Translations under genes and position numbers: made by a program
The notes under the pieces: model-generated
Seen by the model: only the letters and a program-made list of their open reading frames with translations
Databases searched by the model: none
What the model was told of the DNA's origin: nothing
DNA from: a virus
Taxonomy: Duplodnaviria; Caudoviricetes
Direction: 5' to 3' (one strand)
IMG/VR virus record: IMGVR_UViG_3300037501_000111
Location: 224,001-288,000 of that record
DNA length: 64,000 nucleotides
Part shown: one piece after another, positions 30,903-40,598 of the stretch
Position numbering within the stretch: the stretch's first letter is position 1
Layout of the letters: the number at the start of each line of letters is the position of its first letter

Positions 30903-31754
30903 ATGTCTAAAGCTGATAAATTACTAAAGAGAGTTGAATTCTACGAGAAAATGGCCTCATCTCAGAAGCCTGAGACTGATGAATTGCTCAATAAAGTTTC
31001 TCTTTTTGAAAGACTAGCATTGTATTCTGATCGTAAATCTTTTCTATCCGCTATTGCACAGGATGGCCCAAGTCAAATTATGCAAACTGAAAACTACATT
31101 CGTGGTGCAGTTAGTGCATTGAGCAGCGCAATCCAAGAATGGATTGGTAGTAGTGCTGAAAGACAGGGAGATATCCCAGGCCGTTTACCAGGTTTACCTA
31201 TTGGTATGAGAGGACCAGTTCAAGTAATTAACAAAGCTGCAAGAGATAATAATTATGACGCAGCTACACTACCATCAATTCGTGAAGCGGCCCGTAGTCT
31301 TGCCGCAGTTGCTAATTTAGGTGATATGAGTGATGATGCTAAAAATGCTTGGATGCAATTAGTCTTTCCAAAAGCTGCACAGCTAATTGACTTAACGGGC
31401 AAGCAAATGAAAAATCTTCAAGACTGGGCCAACCAGTTTGGCCCACAAGATACGCCTCCAGCCGAAATTGGTAGTGGTATACTAACTATTCCAGAAGTTA
31501 CCGTACAGGGAACTCCGCCTCCAAAAGGTTATCCATCAATTAGCAAAGCTGATCAACAAGCTTTACTTAGATTTGTAACAGAAGAAGGATTGGGATTTGT
31601 AAGCCCAGATAAAATGAATGATGGAGTATTAGGACCAGAAACTAGAAAAGCTCTAGAACTCGTCAAAGATTATTTCAAGAAAACATATCCTCAAAATCCA
31701 AGAATGACTGATCCACAAGCTATTACAGCGGCTAAAGTCCCACGTAGAACTTAA
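30903..31754 (+). CDS. Hypothetical protein with a possible C-terminal peptidoglycan-binding motif
   Basis: QQALL...NDGVLGPETRKAL resembles PG_binding_1. Confidence 0.5.
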   Translation: MSKADKLLKRVEFYEKMASSQKPETDELLNKVSLFERLALYSDRKSFLSAIAQDGPSQIMQTENYIRGAVSALSSAIQEWIGSSAERQGDIPGRLPGLPIGMRGPVQVINKAARDNNYDAATLPSIREAARSLAAVANLGDMSDDAKNAWMQLVFPKAAQLIDLTGKQMKNLQDWANQFGPQDTPPAEIGSGILTIPEVTVQGTPPPKGYPSISKADQQALLRFVTEEGLGFVSPDKMNDGVLGPETRKALELVKDYFKKTYPQNPRMTDPQAITAAKVPRRT

Positions 31755-31825
31755 TTTAGTATTGGGCAGTCACGCAAGCGTCCCTGCCAGGTTGATAAAG
31801 TTCGGCAGATATACACCTTAGACTT

Positions 31826-31863
31826 AAATGACGATGACTAAAAATCATCGTCATTTTTATTTT
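31826..31863 (+). terminator. Rho-independent terminator
   Basis: Perfect 12 bp stem AAATGACGATGA / TCATCGTCATTT followed by TTATTTT. Confidence 0.75.
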
Positions 31864-31956
31864 GATCAAAACAGAAGTTGATCTCGACAATTGAAAGGGG
31901 GATCTATAGGGGGATCAGGATCTTTTTAGATCAAACCCTCAACCTAAAAATCGATC
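31864..31956. other. GATC-dense non-coding element containing GATCTCGACAA-N5-AGGGGGATCTA-TAGGGGG
   Basis: Seven GATC sites (31864, 31880, 31901, 31913, 31919, 31929, 31953); second copy of the core at 51013-51047. Confidence 0.7.
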
Positions 31957-32022
31957 AATTAGTTGTTGCGGCTTTTTGTACCATGATTATACTCTATTCA
32001 AGATGGTTTGTAGGGGTGTGTC

Positions 32023-32901
32023 ATGAAAATTTTCAAGATAGTTGTAATTTCTTGTGTTTTATTTTTGACAATTGTGGGGATAGCGAGTGATGAATCGGCA
32101 ATCTCTAAAAATAAGGAGAGCGCCGAAATTACACGCAAATACGAAATACCACAGATTTCGAAAGTAGAGGATCGCGCGTCACCCTCGTGTCCCAGTGATA
32201 TGGTAGAGATTGAAGGTGATTATTGTCCTAATTTACAGACGGAGTGTTTATATAATATAGATTTAGATGGTACTAGACATTATCCTGGAGATATTAATAA
32301 AGCTTGTGGAGAGTATAAAAATCCGAGTAAATGTTTATCTGATAGTTTAGTACACATGCATTTTTGTATTGATCGTTATGAATGGCCAAATAAACAAGGT
32401 GTAGTGCCTCAAGACTGGATGACATATTATGATGCAGAAAAAGCTGTAGCCTCTGTGGGCAAACGACTTTGTACTCATAAAGAATGGACATTAGCAGCAG
32501 AAGGCCCCAACTTACATCCACTACCGTACGGCGATGGATTCCATCGTCAAAGGCTTTGTAATTTTGATAATCATAATTCAGGTATTGATGTTTTTAAATC
32601 TACTAGGCCGAATGACGAAACTTCAGCTAAGTTACGTGCTCTATTAGTGCCGTCTGGCTCTATGTCTGGTTGTGTATCAGATTTTGGTGTGCACGATATG
32701 TCTGGAAATATTGATGAGTGGGTTGTCAATGATGCTAGTCAAGACATGTGTGTTACTAAAACTACTGGTAATTGTAGAACTGGATTAATGGGAGGTCATA
32801 TCTGGCATGTGCGTAATGCAAGTCGTCCGATGACCACGGCTCATGGTGCAGGATTTGGATGGTATGAAACTGGAGCAAGAGCTTGCAAGGATGTCCAATG
32901 A
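32023..32901 (+). CDS. SUMF1/FGE-sulfatase (C-type lectin fold) domain protein with signal peptide
   Basis: CPSDMVEIEGDYCP, FCIDRYEWPN, GKRLCTHKEW, FGVHDMSGNIDEWV, GARACKD; resembles the Polyangia-type subfamily. Confidence 0.85.
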   Translation: MKIFKIVVISCVLFLTIVGIASDESAISKNKESAEITRKYEIPQISKVEDRASPSCPSDMVEIEGDYCPNLQTECLYNIDLDGTRHYPGDINKACGEYKNPSKCLSDSLVHMHFCIDRYEWPNKQGVVPQDWMTYYDAEKAVASVGKRLCTHKEWTLAAEGPNLHPLPYGDGFHRQRLCNFDNHNSGIDVFKSTRPNDETSAKLRALLVPSGSMSGCVSDFGVHDMSGNIDEWVVNDASQDMCVTKTTGNCRTGLMGGHIWHVRNASRPMTTAHGAGFGWYETGARACKDVQ

Positions 32902-33569
32902 ATTTACAAGAATTTATTGATGGGCGCACTCATTGTCCAATATGTAATACTGTGCTGGTTACTCAATTCATTTCTGGGCGCAAACAAAAGACCAGGATAG
33001 AGAATGATAGGTTTGTTGTCATATTTGTTATGAAACCGATGCAAGTAAATCAGCCTGACTATGAAGTTGGATACTCATTCAATCCTAAAGATAATAGTTT
33101 TCATATTGAATTTTATACTGAATGGGATCATAAAACCCACGTTCCGATGCATTTAATTGAGAAGTTTAGGGAGTTTCATACTAATCTTCTTAGGTCTACC
33201 AATGGATCATGCCGATTCATTAGAAAATGTACTTTTTGTAATAGGTACAGTAGGTCATCTACTCATTTCAATTTAGAATTGAAGGCCGGGAAAATAGATA
33301 CATTGTTTTGGGATGGTTTACAAATTGCTTACGAATCATTTGGCCTCTGTATTCCAATAGGTGAAGAATATAAAATTATGCATCTAAGCAATTTTCATGT
33401 TCCTGAACCACAATCTAGGATAGTTTGGTTTCGTTCATTTACACATGACTATGCTAGATTGGACGTTTCTCTTCCACTAAAATATTCAGAGAAGATATTG
33501 CCTATAATTCCATTTATGTCAACAGAAGAAACTACTAGGCGAGTTAGTAATCTATTAACTTTTGCTTAA
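32898..33569 (+). CDS. Zn-ribbon array member 1 (long type), ends ...RRVSNLLTFA
   Basis: CPIC and CTFC knuckles; ATGA coupling to the FGE gene. Confidence 0.8.
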   Translation: MNLQEFIDGRTHCPICNTVLVTQFISGRKQKTRIENDRFVVIFVMKPMQVNQPDYEVGYSFNPKDNSFHIEFYTEWDHKTHVPMHLIEKFREFHTNLLRSTNGSCRFIRKCTFCNRYSRSSTHFNLELKAGKIDTLFWDGLQIAYESFGLCIPIGEEYKIMHLSNFHVPEPQSRIVWFRSFTHDYARLDVSLPLKYSEKILPIIPFMSTEETTRRVSNLLTFA

Positions 33570-33705
33570 AGAAATGCAGACAGTTTTATTTAAGAATTTC
33601 TTCTTTTAGTTTGGAGGATTTGACGTTGGTTAGGTCAATCATTCCATGATTATTTAGTTTTGGAATCTTCGCTTTAATCTCAGCTTCTGCCGGAATCCAT
33701 TCCAT
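33566..33705 (-). pseudogene. Small protein ending ...ILKIKLSAFL, split by one apparent indel
   Basis: MEWIPAEAEIKAKIPKLNNHGMIDLTNVKSSKLKEEILK; adding one base to the T3 run at 33589-33591 joins IKLSAFL-stop. Confidence 0.45.
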
Positions 33706-33855
33706 ACTTACTTATCGATATCGTAATCCTCGATAGCATCATCGTACTGGCTATCCACCAGTTTTTGAATTAAATCAAGATATTCTTGGTCAGTAAGTGA
33801 TTTAAAGCTCATATTCTTTAATATATCATAATGTTAATATTATTGTATTTATCAC

Positions 33856-34512
33856 ATGAACCCAAATAAGCTTTTAAGGTTTGCTAATATGTTCTATTCT
33901 TTAGCTGTGGGAGAGGATTTGCCCTCAGATTCTGAGGATTTAAAGACTATCCTAGCTAATCTAGAAAGATTGGAAACTTACAATGCTCGCAAAAAGTATG
34001 CGGAGCGCAATCTTAAACATTTATCCTCGGGTTCCTCGCGCATCGTTTACTTGACACCATCAAAAACAATCATTAAACTAGCTAAGAATGACAAGGGAAT
34101 TGCTCAAAATAAAGCAGAAGCTAACCCCAAGATGAAGTCCAAATACTTAAACCAAATCCTCAGTTGCGCCAAAAATTTTGCTTGGCTAGAAACACATTAT
34201 CTAGAAAAGATTACTGAAAAGGAGTTCGAGCAGATGACAGGTCTGAAATTCGAACAATTTGGTGATTCTTTAAGGTTTAGTTTGAAAGAGATTTCCGGCA
34301 ATAAAGATGCTAAGAAGCCAGAAGATTTTGACAAAGTATCTGAGTCAGACATATACAAAGAGTTGAAAGATATTGGTCAACGATTCAAGCTTCTTCCAGG
34401 CGATTTGGCCCGCATTTCTTCATGGGGCACTAAAGATGGTCGCCCTGTTTTGATTGATGCCGGATTGACACGAGATATCTTTGATGAATATTACGAAGAT
34501 TCTTCCTCATGA
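33856..34512 (+). CDS. Protein kinase-like fold protein
   Basis: LSSGSSRIVY, IIKLAKNDKGIAQNKAE, GDL...SSWG, PVLIDAG. Confidence 0.7.
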   Translation: MNPNKLLRFANMFYSLAVGEDLPSDSEDLKTILANLERLETYNARKKYAERNLKHLSSGSSRIVYLTPSKTIIKLAKNDKGIAQNKAEANPKMKSKYLNQILSCAKNFAWLETHYLEKITEKEFEQMTGLKFEQFGDSLRFSLKEISGNKDAKKPEDFDKVSESDIYKELKDIGQRFKLLPGDLARISSWGTKDGRPVLIDAGLTRDIFDEYYEDSSS

Positions 34513-35090
34513 AACAATTTTCCTGTCTCGATGAAGCCTTTCGCCATCAGAACACTTGTCCTTTTTGTCAGTTCATAATTACAAGAGGATATACCAGTAT
34601 TACTATGAATGGTGGAGAGACTCTAGTTGAATTTAGTATTGGCAAATCATCTTTAATATTGGACTATAATACTGGCGAACTAAAAGAATTAAAATCAGCT
34701 TCTTTTGAAGAAATACATACTCGTAGCTATCCAGTTTATTCATCTAACGGTTCTGCTTATTCAGCACAAAAATATGGAAAACAGATATTTGGAGTTTATT
34801 GTTCATGTGGAAAATGTGGACAGTACGGATACACTTTACAGGTTCATTTAGATTTGGATCTTGGAAAAATTATATGTATTTTTCTTAACTCAGAGACTTT
34901 ATCTTTCGAAAAAGGTTCGCTACTCCATGAAATTAGAAATATATACTCTACAGGAAAAACTGACTACCGAGTATTTGATAATGATAATGTTACAGAAACA
35001 AAAACTCTTACTTTGCCATTGATTCCAATGGATTTATCTGATCCAGATAAAACATTAGAACGTATAAAGACTCTTGCTCTATTTTCATAG
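34509..35090 (+). CDS. Zn-ribbon array member 2, ends ...ERIKTLALFS
   Basis: CPFC and CGKC knuckles; conserved C-terminus. Confidence 0.8.
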   Translation: MKQFSCLDEAFRHQNTCPFCQFIITRGYTSITMNGGETLVEFSIGKSSLILDYNTGELKELKSASFEEIHTRSYPVYSSNGSAYSAQKYGKQIFGVYCSCGKCGQYGYTLQVHLDLDLGKIICIFLNSETLSFEKGSLLHEIRNIYSTGKTDYRVFDNDNVTETKTLTLPLIPMDLSDPDKTLERIKTLALFS

Positions 35091-35101
35091 AAAGCATTAT
35101 A

Positions 35102-35719
35102 GTGAATAAGTTTGATACTATCGCTGGTTTTACAAAATGTCGTGAGACATGTGTATTTTGTAATACCACATTGCGCATTATATTAACTAATTATGTTGGA
35201 GTTAGTGGACAAGGCATTCCTATTATTAATGCTCCTCTTAAAAATGATAGGTTTGAATTCAAAATCAAACATACAACTCCATCATTTGAGGTTAAGTCAG
35301 ACGTATTCATCTCCACTACAAATAACGCTTTAATATTTGAGAATTTCACCAACGGTGAAATGCCGGCCATTGATGATAATTTAGCCAAACAAGTATTTGA
35401 AGATTATGGGCCACATTTTGAATTGTACTGCCCCAGTAAAAAATGTGGATTAGGGTATTACATAGCTAGCTGGCCAATCAAATTAAAGAAAGTTCATCCT
35501 GTCGTAGGAATGTGGTACATTGAGCCATTTGCCGTGTTTACTGAAAATGTTAAAGTTGGCAATTATGTAGTTGCTAACAATTGGGAATCTAAACTAAGCA
35601 ATATCTATTCTAGAAAGAATATCGACGCTAAGCCTATTGTGGTTCCAATGGTAGATTTTTCTACTATGAATAAAGAGAAACTAATAACTCGAATAAAAAC
35701 TTTGGTGACATTCTCATGA
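35102..35719 (+). CDS. Zn-ribbon array member 3, ends ...[10 protein letters not shown]
   Basis: CVFC and CPSKKC; GTG start. Confidence 0.8.
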   Translation: MNKFDTIAGFTKCRETCVFCNTTLRIILTNYVGVSGQGIPIINAPLKNDRFEFKIKHTTPSFEVKSDVFISTTNNALIFENFTNGEMPAIDDNLAKQVFEDYGPHFELYCPSKKCGLGYYIASWPIKLKKVHPVVGMWYIEPFAVFTENVKVGNYVVANNWESKLSNIYSRKNIDAKPIVVPMVDFSTMNKEKLITRIKTLVTFS

Positions 35720-36810
35720 ATACTATACACATACAGGTATTGCAATCCTGTCAGGTAAGTCTAAAATCTTTAGAAAAGATGACTTCCTTACCTCAAATGC
35801 GTTTAAGATTAGCTGAGATAGATGAGAAATCTAGTGATCCGTCTTTTTGGAATAATCCAAGATCCGCTGCTATCTTAATGAAAGAACGTAAAAAATTGGA
35901 TGACTTCATTACATTTTTCACACGATCAAAAGACGATTTAGAAATATATAATGAATTCGTCAAGGCTGGAGAGCTAAGTGATGCAGATTTTGCACAGCTT
36001 TTCACTCTAAATTCTAAACTACAGTCTACCGTGTTTGAGCAGATGATGAAAGATCCGGTAGATGATACTCCAGCTATCATTTCTATTAATGCTGGTGCGG
36101 GTGGACTGGAGGCAGCTAATTGGGTTACTATGTTACTTCGTATGTATACTCGATATGCAGATAGCCAAGGCTTCAAGGTCGAGATCCTAGATGAAAAGCC
36201 TTCTGAAGAGCATAGTGCTATTTGTACTGATTCTGTTTCTATTAGAGTAGATGGCCCATATGCATTTGGTTTCTTTAAATCAGAATCTGGAGTTCATCGT
36301 CTCATCCGCAACTCACCATTCAATGCCGCTGATGCTAGACAAACTTCATTTGCTGGTGTTCAGGTCACACCTGATATTGAAGATACTATTGATATTAAAA
36401 TAGAGGAAAAAGATATAGAGATTACTACTATGCGTAATTCTGGTCCAGGTGGACAAAATGTTAACAAAGTAGAATCTGCTGTCCGTCTCAAACATCTTCC
36501 AACTGGTATAGTTATTAATTCTCGTTCAGAGCGTAGTCAATTAGATAATCGTAGATTTGCCATGAAGATGTTGAAAGCAAAACTTTACGAATTAGAAATG
36601 AAAAAGAAGCAAGCCGAACAAGATAAACGTGTGGATGCTACGGCTGATGTATCCTTCGGTAATCAAATCAGAACTTATACTTTAATGCCCTATAAATTAG
36701 TTAAGGATGAACGTACCGGATTTCAAGTTAGAGACGCCGATGCCGTTCTTGATGGTGACATTCAAGGATTTATGATTGCTTATCTTCAGGAATATGATAA
36801 AATCGCATAA
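35716..36810 (+). CDS. prfB: Peptide chain release factor 2
   Basis: [20 protein letters not shown] (SPF tripeptide = RF2), GPGGQNVNK (GGQ), [15 protein letters not shown]; single open frame. Confidence 0.95.
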   Translation: MNTIHIQVLQSCQVSLKSLEKMTSLPQMRLRLAEIDEKSSDPSFWNNPRSAAILMKERKKLDDFITFFTRSKDDLEIYNEFVKAGELSDADFAQLFTLNSKLQSTVFEQMMKDPVDDTPAIISINAGAGGLEAANWVTMLLRMYTRYADSQGFKVEILDEKPSEEHSAICTDSVSIRVDGPYAFGFFKSESGVHRLIRNSPFNAADARQTSFAGVQVTPDIEDTIDIKIEEKDIEITTMRNSGPGGQNVNKVESAVRLKHLPTGIVINSRSERSQLDNRRFAMKMLKAKLYELEMKKKQAEQDKRVDATADVSFGNQIRTYTLMPYKLVKDERTGFQVRDADAVLDGDIQGFMIAYLQEYDKIA

Positions 36811-36815
36811 TAAGT

Positions 36816-37397
36816 ATGAGGAAGTTTACCGTTAAGGACTTCATAGCATACAATAATCCATGTTTTAGCTGTGGTAATCCAATCAATTTTCGTATTGGTT
36901 ACACTCTGATTGGATCGGGTGAGGCAGGGTATTTGCGCCCGGCAATAATGCCTAACCATACTGAAGTTGATTTAATCATTAAATATTCTGATATGGAAGC
37001 GCTAAGACTATGTATTTATCATAAAACAAATAAAATACTAACCAATAGTATTCAAGGCTTGACAAACTACCTTAGCAGCCGTAAGTTGTATTTGACCTCT
37101 ACCTGCGATAAATGCTATACTAAAATAGAAAGCCAATTTCTAGAGTTCAATCTAGAACGCAGATATATCAATGCGGTAGGGCTTAGTAGTGAAAGGTTGA
37201 TGGTTCGTGATAGTGAGAATTTGTATCAGATTACATCTTCTTTTATAGATGAGACCTCATTACTAGTAGTTGATAAGATAGATAAAGTAAAGCCATTATC
37301 TCCATTTCAATTAAAATTACCTCTTTTACCTAAGTATCGATTAAAAGATAAAGACAATTTTATTCGTAAGATTAAAACCTATATGACATTTTCATGA
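36816..37397 (+). CDS. Zn-ribbon array member 4, ends ...RKIKTYMTFS
   Basis: CFSC and CDKC knuckles. Confidence 0.8.
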   Translation: MRKFTVKDFIAYNNPCFSCGNPINFRIGYTLIGSGEAGYLRPAIMPNHTEVDLIIKYSDMEALRLCIYHKTNKILTNSIQGLTNYLSSRKLYLTSTCDKCYTKIESQFLEFNLERRYINAVGLSSERLMVRDSENLYQITSSFIDETSLLVVDKIDKVKPLSPFQLKLPLLPKYRLKDKDNFIRKIKTYMTFS

Positions 37398-37960
37398 ATT
37401 TACAAGATATTTTGAATTATAGAAGTGCTTGCATTCACTGTGGGCGCCCCTTAACTATGCGTGTAGCTCGTTATCCCAAATTGTTAATTGAACATAATAA
37501 TAGTGGATTGGTAATCAAATCACCAAATCAGGGTGGAGTCTTTTTGAACTTCAATTTTGATGGTGCTTATGAACGTAGTAAAAGAAACTACGAAATACAT
37601 AAAAATCCAGTGTATATCAAGAAGTATTGCAAGTATCATCCTTTGTTCAATAAATACAAAGGGGTTACGTTAGATGGCATTAAAGATACTACTTGTCACT
37701 ACGCTTTTAGTGTGCTAGGCAACAAGCTAAAATCATATGTAGCAAATATGGAATACGAAGGTATTGCTTGGTGTAATGATGATGAATTTTGGCATATGAA
37801 TTCATTCTATTCTAAGAATGAAAGTCATATTTATCATGGCCTTTATTCTCAAACGATAGGTCAAGTACTACACTTAAAACTTCCTATTATTAATCTTAGT
37901 GGGACAAAAACTGAAGAACAATATCTGAATAAGATGAAACTGTATGCCCTCTTCTCATAA
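37394..37960 (+). CDS. Zn-ribbon array member 5, ends ...NKMKLYALFS
   Basis: CIHC knuckle; N-terminus MNLQD resembles member 1. Confidence 0.8.
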   Translation: MNLQDILNYRSACIHCGRPLTMRVARYPKLLIEHNNSGLVIKSPNQGGVFLNFNFDGAYERSKRNYEIHKNPVYIKKYCKYHPLFNKYKGVTLDGIKDTTCHYAFSVLGNKLKSYVANMEYEGIAWCNDDEFWHMNSFYSKNESHIYHGLYSQTIGQVLHLKLPIINLSGTKTEEQYLNKMKLYALFS

Positions 37961-38374
37961 GAATGCTTTGAGTTTATCTAGCCTTTTACAATGTAAGATA
38001 ATATCTACTATGTGTTGAATTTTAAGATTACCGAATGAGTTGAATTGAATCCAATCTTGGTTTCTAAACCTTGGATCTCTTTTAAGATCAATGCGCTTAG
38101 CCTTAGGATCAGTACTATCAAAAATAGTTATTTCAAAATCTTTGAAATCTTTAAGCCTACGTGAACCTTCCAAGTCATACGGTAGTTGAATTTTAATAGT
38201 GTACATACCAACTTTAATACTGTTTATATAAAGAATAACTTCATTCTCTTCGGTAGCTTCTAAACTGGCCAAATGGCAATTATCTAACGATTTTTTGATT
38301 TTGTTTCTAGAACTCTTACCATAACTAAAATCAAGTACGGTGCGTGGCTCTTCATGTGAACGAATGGCTGTCAT
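37955..38374 (-). CDS. Hypothetical protein ending ...RLDKLKAFL
   Basis: 139 aa; stop overlaps the convergent stop of member 5. Confidence 0.7.
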   Translation of the reverse strand: MTAIRSHEEPRTVLDFSYGKSSRNKIKKSLDNCHLASLEATEENEVILYINSIKVGMYTIKIQLPYDLEGSRRLKDFKDFEITIFDSTDPKAKRIDLKRDPRFRNQDWIQFNSFGNLKIQHIVDIILHCKRLDKLKAFL

Positions 38375-38421
38375 ATCTTCCTAATAGTATGCCACATAAC
38401 TACCATATTTATTGAGTCGAC

Positions 38422-38751
38422 ATGGAAAAATACAACTGCTTAGTATGCAATAAAGAGATGGAGATTCATAACAAGATAGCCTTTGTAGACTATATATGTA
38501 ACCGTAGTGATGACCATCATTTCTCTTGGCGTATTAAAAATCAATCTTTGATAAAGCTGCGCATTCGGTTTCAGGATGACAAACATCGGTTATGTCTCAA
38601 AGTTCACTATGATGAGCAATATTCTCAAGTTTGGTCTAAAGCAAAAACTCCTGATATAGATAGAATTCGTATCAATCAGATTATTGTCCCCAATTTTGAA
38701 GACATTGAAAAGCTAAAGAACAAGATTAGAACTCTGTTGGTGTTTGGATGA
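38422..38751 (+). CDS. Zn-ribbon array member 6 (short type), ends ...NKIRTLLVFG
   Basis: CLVC, then C...H. Confidence 0.8.
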   Translation: MEKYNCLVCNKEMEIHNKIAFVDYICNRSDDHHFSWRIKNQSLIKLRIRFQDDKHRLCLKVHYDEQYSQVWSKAKTPDIDRIRINQIIVPNFEDIEKLKNKIRTLLVFG

Positions 38752-39092
38752 AAGCACCAATTAATTGCCCTGTATGTGGTGACCCAATGCTTAATACTTT
38801 TCCCGCTGCTGAGGATATGCATGATAGTGGAAAAGTAACCAAAACATGTGCACTAAGGCTCAGCCATAAGATTACTATCATTGCAGAGGGCGAAGAAGTA
38901 TCTCAAATGAGCATTGATCTTGGTAATGGTTTAGAGGCTATATTTTTGTTCCTCCTGAATAAGGTTTGGGTTCAACCAACAAGGGCCAATAAAAATAAGA
39001 TAGATTATACTATTCTTCCATTTTTTGAACCAGATTTATCTGATTACAAAAAGCTAGTCAATAAAGTAAAAACCTATTTGGTATTCTCATGA
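38748..39092 (+). CDS. Zn-ribbon array member 7, ends ...NKVKTYLVFS
   Basis: CPVC, then C...H; ATGA coupling. Confidence 0.8.
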   Translation: MKAPINCPVCGDPMLNTFPAAEDMHDSGKVTKTCALRLSHKITIIAEGEEVSQMSIDLGNGLEAIFLFLLNKVWVQPTRANKNKIDYTILPFFEPDLSDYKKLVNKVKTYLVFS

Positions 39093-39440
39093 CACACCAA
39101 TGTGGTTTTTTGCAATAAAGAAATGGAAGTAATTAATCATACAAATAGAGAATTATTTGATGTCTATGTGTGCGAAAAATGTACCGACTCATATATCTAT
39201 ACTCGGTACAGACACGTCTGTTACAATGGTAGTCATACAGTTTTAGCTACAACAATTCGTATTGATGAATATTATGTGATTCTTAATTATTGTTTTCATT
39301 TATCGTCTCAAAGAGATAACTACACTCAAATTCATATAGGTATTACTCAGATATTCGATCTTAATTATATTCTACGGTTGCCGCTGCACGACCCAGCTCA
39401 AGCTAAACGAAAGTTACAGATTTACACAACTTTCTCATAA
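39089..39440 (+). pseudogene. Zn-ribbon array member 8, ends ...RKLQIYTTFS; one extra base near the start
   Basis: Coupled ATG at 39089 gives MTHQCGF; removing one T from the T6 run at 39106-39111 restores CGFC and the frame of ORF 39102..39440. Confidence 0.65.
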
Positions 39441-39449
39441 AGGAGCAAT

Positions 39450-39836
39450 ATGGGTATAGTTATATACTTTGATATGGACGACGTTCTTAATTGCCCCATT
39501 TGTGGCACCCGCATGCGTACCGTGCATCACACGAATAAACTATTGCATCCAATCGACCAAACAGCCGATTATGCTGAGCGTATTTGTTCAGGCCATAATC
39601 ACGTTATAGCTATCTGGACCAATAAAGCCACTAAAAAAGTTGACTTTATGAAATTATCACTCAACTCTAAGTATTCTCGCTTTTTGGAAATAGACTGGAT
39701 TAATCAAAAATGTAAGATTACTTGTGCTAGTGGCGGCGAGTACGAACATATAGACATACCAAAAATGATTGAGCCAGATTTCCCTGACCTAGTTAAATTG
39801 AAAGAAAGAGTAAATCTCTACATTGTGTTTTCATGA
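39450..39836 (+). CDS. Zn-ribbon array member 9, ends ...ERVNLYIVFS
   Basis: CPIC, then C..H; AGGAG RBS. Confidence 0.8.
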   Translation: MGIVIYFDMDDVLNCPICGTRMRTVHHTNKLLHPIDQTADYAERICSGHNHVIAIWTNKATKKVDFMKLSLNSKYSRFLEIDWINQKCKITCASGGEYEHIDIPKMIEPDFPDLVKLKERVNLYIVFS

Positions 39837-40174
39837 AATGTTTATTTTGTAACCAAAAGATGTGGCAAGAAGAAGACGGACCGGATAGCTTATTCTTTGA
39901 ATACAAATGTTTTTCCATTAAGTGTATGGTCAATAACGATTTTCCAAGATATATTTGTGGCACCGATAAAGAAGGCGGTCTTTGTTGGCAAGAGTATGCT
40001 TCGGAAGGTTTTTACGTTAAGGTATCAAGTGAAGGCACTCGCATCTACCGGCTTATCTCCTGTATGTTGAATCAAGATGTGAAACTTCCCGAATCATTAT
40101 GGCTCAATCCTACAAATTTCAAAGAAACTCTTGACAAGGTGCGGGGGCTGCATTACATTTTGTGGAATGGATAA
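39833..40174 (+). CDS. Zn-ribbon array member 10 (C-terminal tag diverged or frameshifted)
   Basis: CLFC and CFSIKC; LNPTNFKETLDKVR is retained but the protein ends GLHYILWNG. Confidence 0.7.
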   Translation: MKCLFCNQKMWQEEDGPDSLFFEYKCFSIKCMVNNDFPRYICGTDKEGGLCWQEYASEGFYVKVSSEGTRIYRLISCMLNQDVKLPESLWLNPTNFKETLDKVRGLHYILWNG

Positions 40175-40180
40175 CTCACT

Positions 40181-40582
40181 ATGGTGCGAGAACCGCCTAC
40201 CTGCCCTGTTTGTGGACTGATTTTAAGAGCGTCGGGCGTTAACCCAGACATGTACTATTGTATGAAGCGCAAGGTATGGGAACCAGACCTTGGTATCTAT
40301 CTTGACATTGTAGACTCGACTATTTATGTTGACCCAGAGGGGAAACAGATATTGCGAGTAATAGAAATACCACCATTTAGCTTTACTATTGTGGATGATG
40401 ATCAAAAGCAAGAGACTGTTATTCGTAAAGTGATAGCTCCTGAACGATCATTAAGAGATAGAAATAAAGCACGCACACTTGAGATAAAGATTATTTTTAA
40501 CTATTCCTGCTGTGGTCAAAATGCTCTGGAATGATAAAAAGCCGTTGCCGAGCGAGTAAAACTTTACCTACTATTTTCATAA
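40181..40582 (+). pseudogene. Zn-ribbon array member 11, ends ...ERVKLYLLFS; two compensating indels
   Basis: An extra T in 40494-40498 and a missing A in 40536-40540. Correcting both gives ...IILTIPAVVKMLWNDKKAVAERVKLYLLFS-stop. Confidence 0.7.
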
Positions 40583-40598
40583 AGGTGACCCGAACAAA

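Noticed and set aside
32023-32901. Diversity-generating retroelement
   Set aside because: The fold fits a DGR target, but no template repeat or reverse transcriptase is visible in this window.
35716-36810. Stop-codon reassignment implied by phage RF2
   Set aside because: Genes up to 4.7 kb are open in code 11; TAG ends folA and 34509..35090; TGA is used in many ATGA overlaps. The few in-frame stops are of mixed type (TGA, TAA) and look like lesions.
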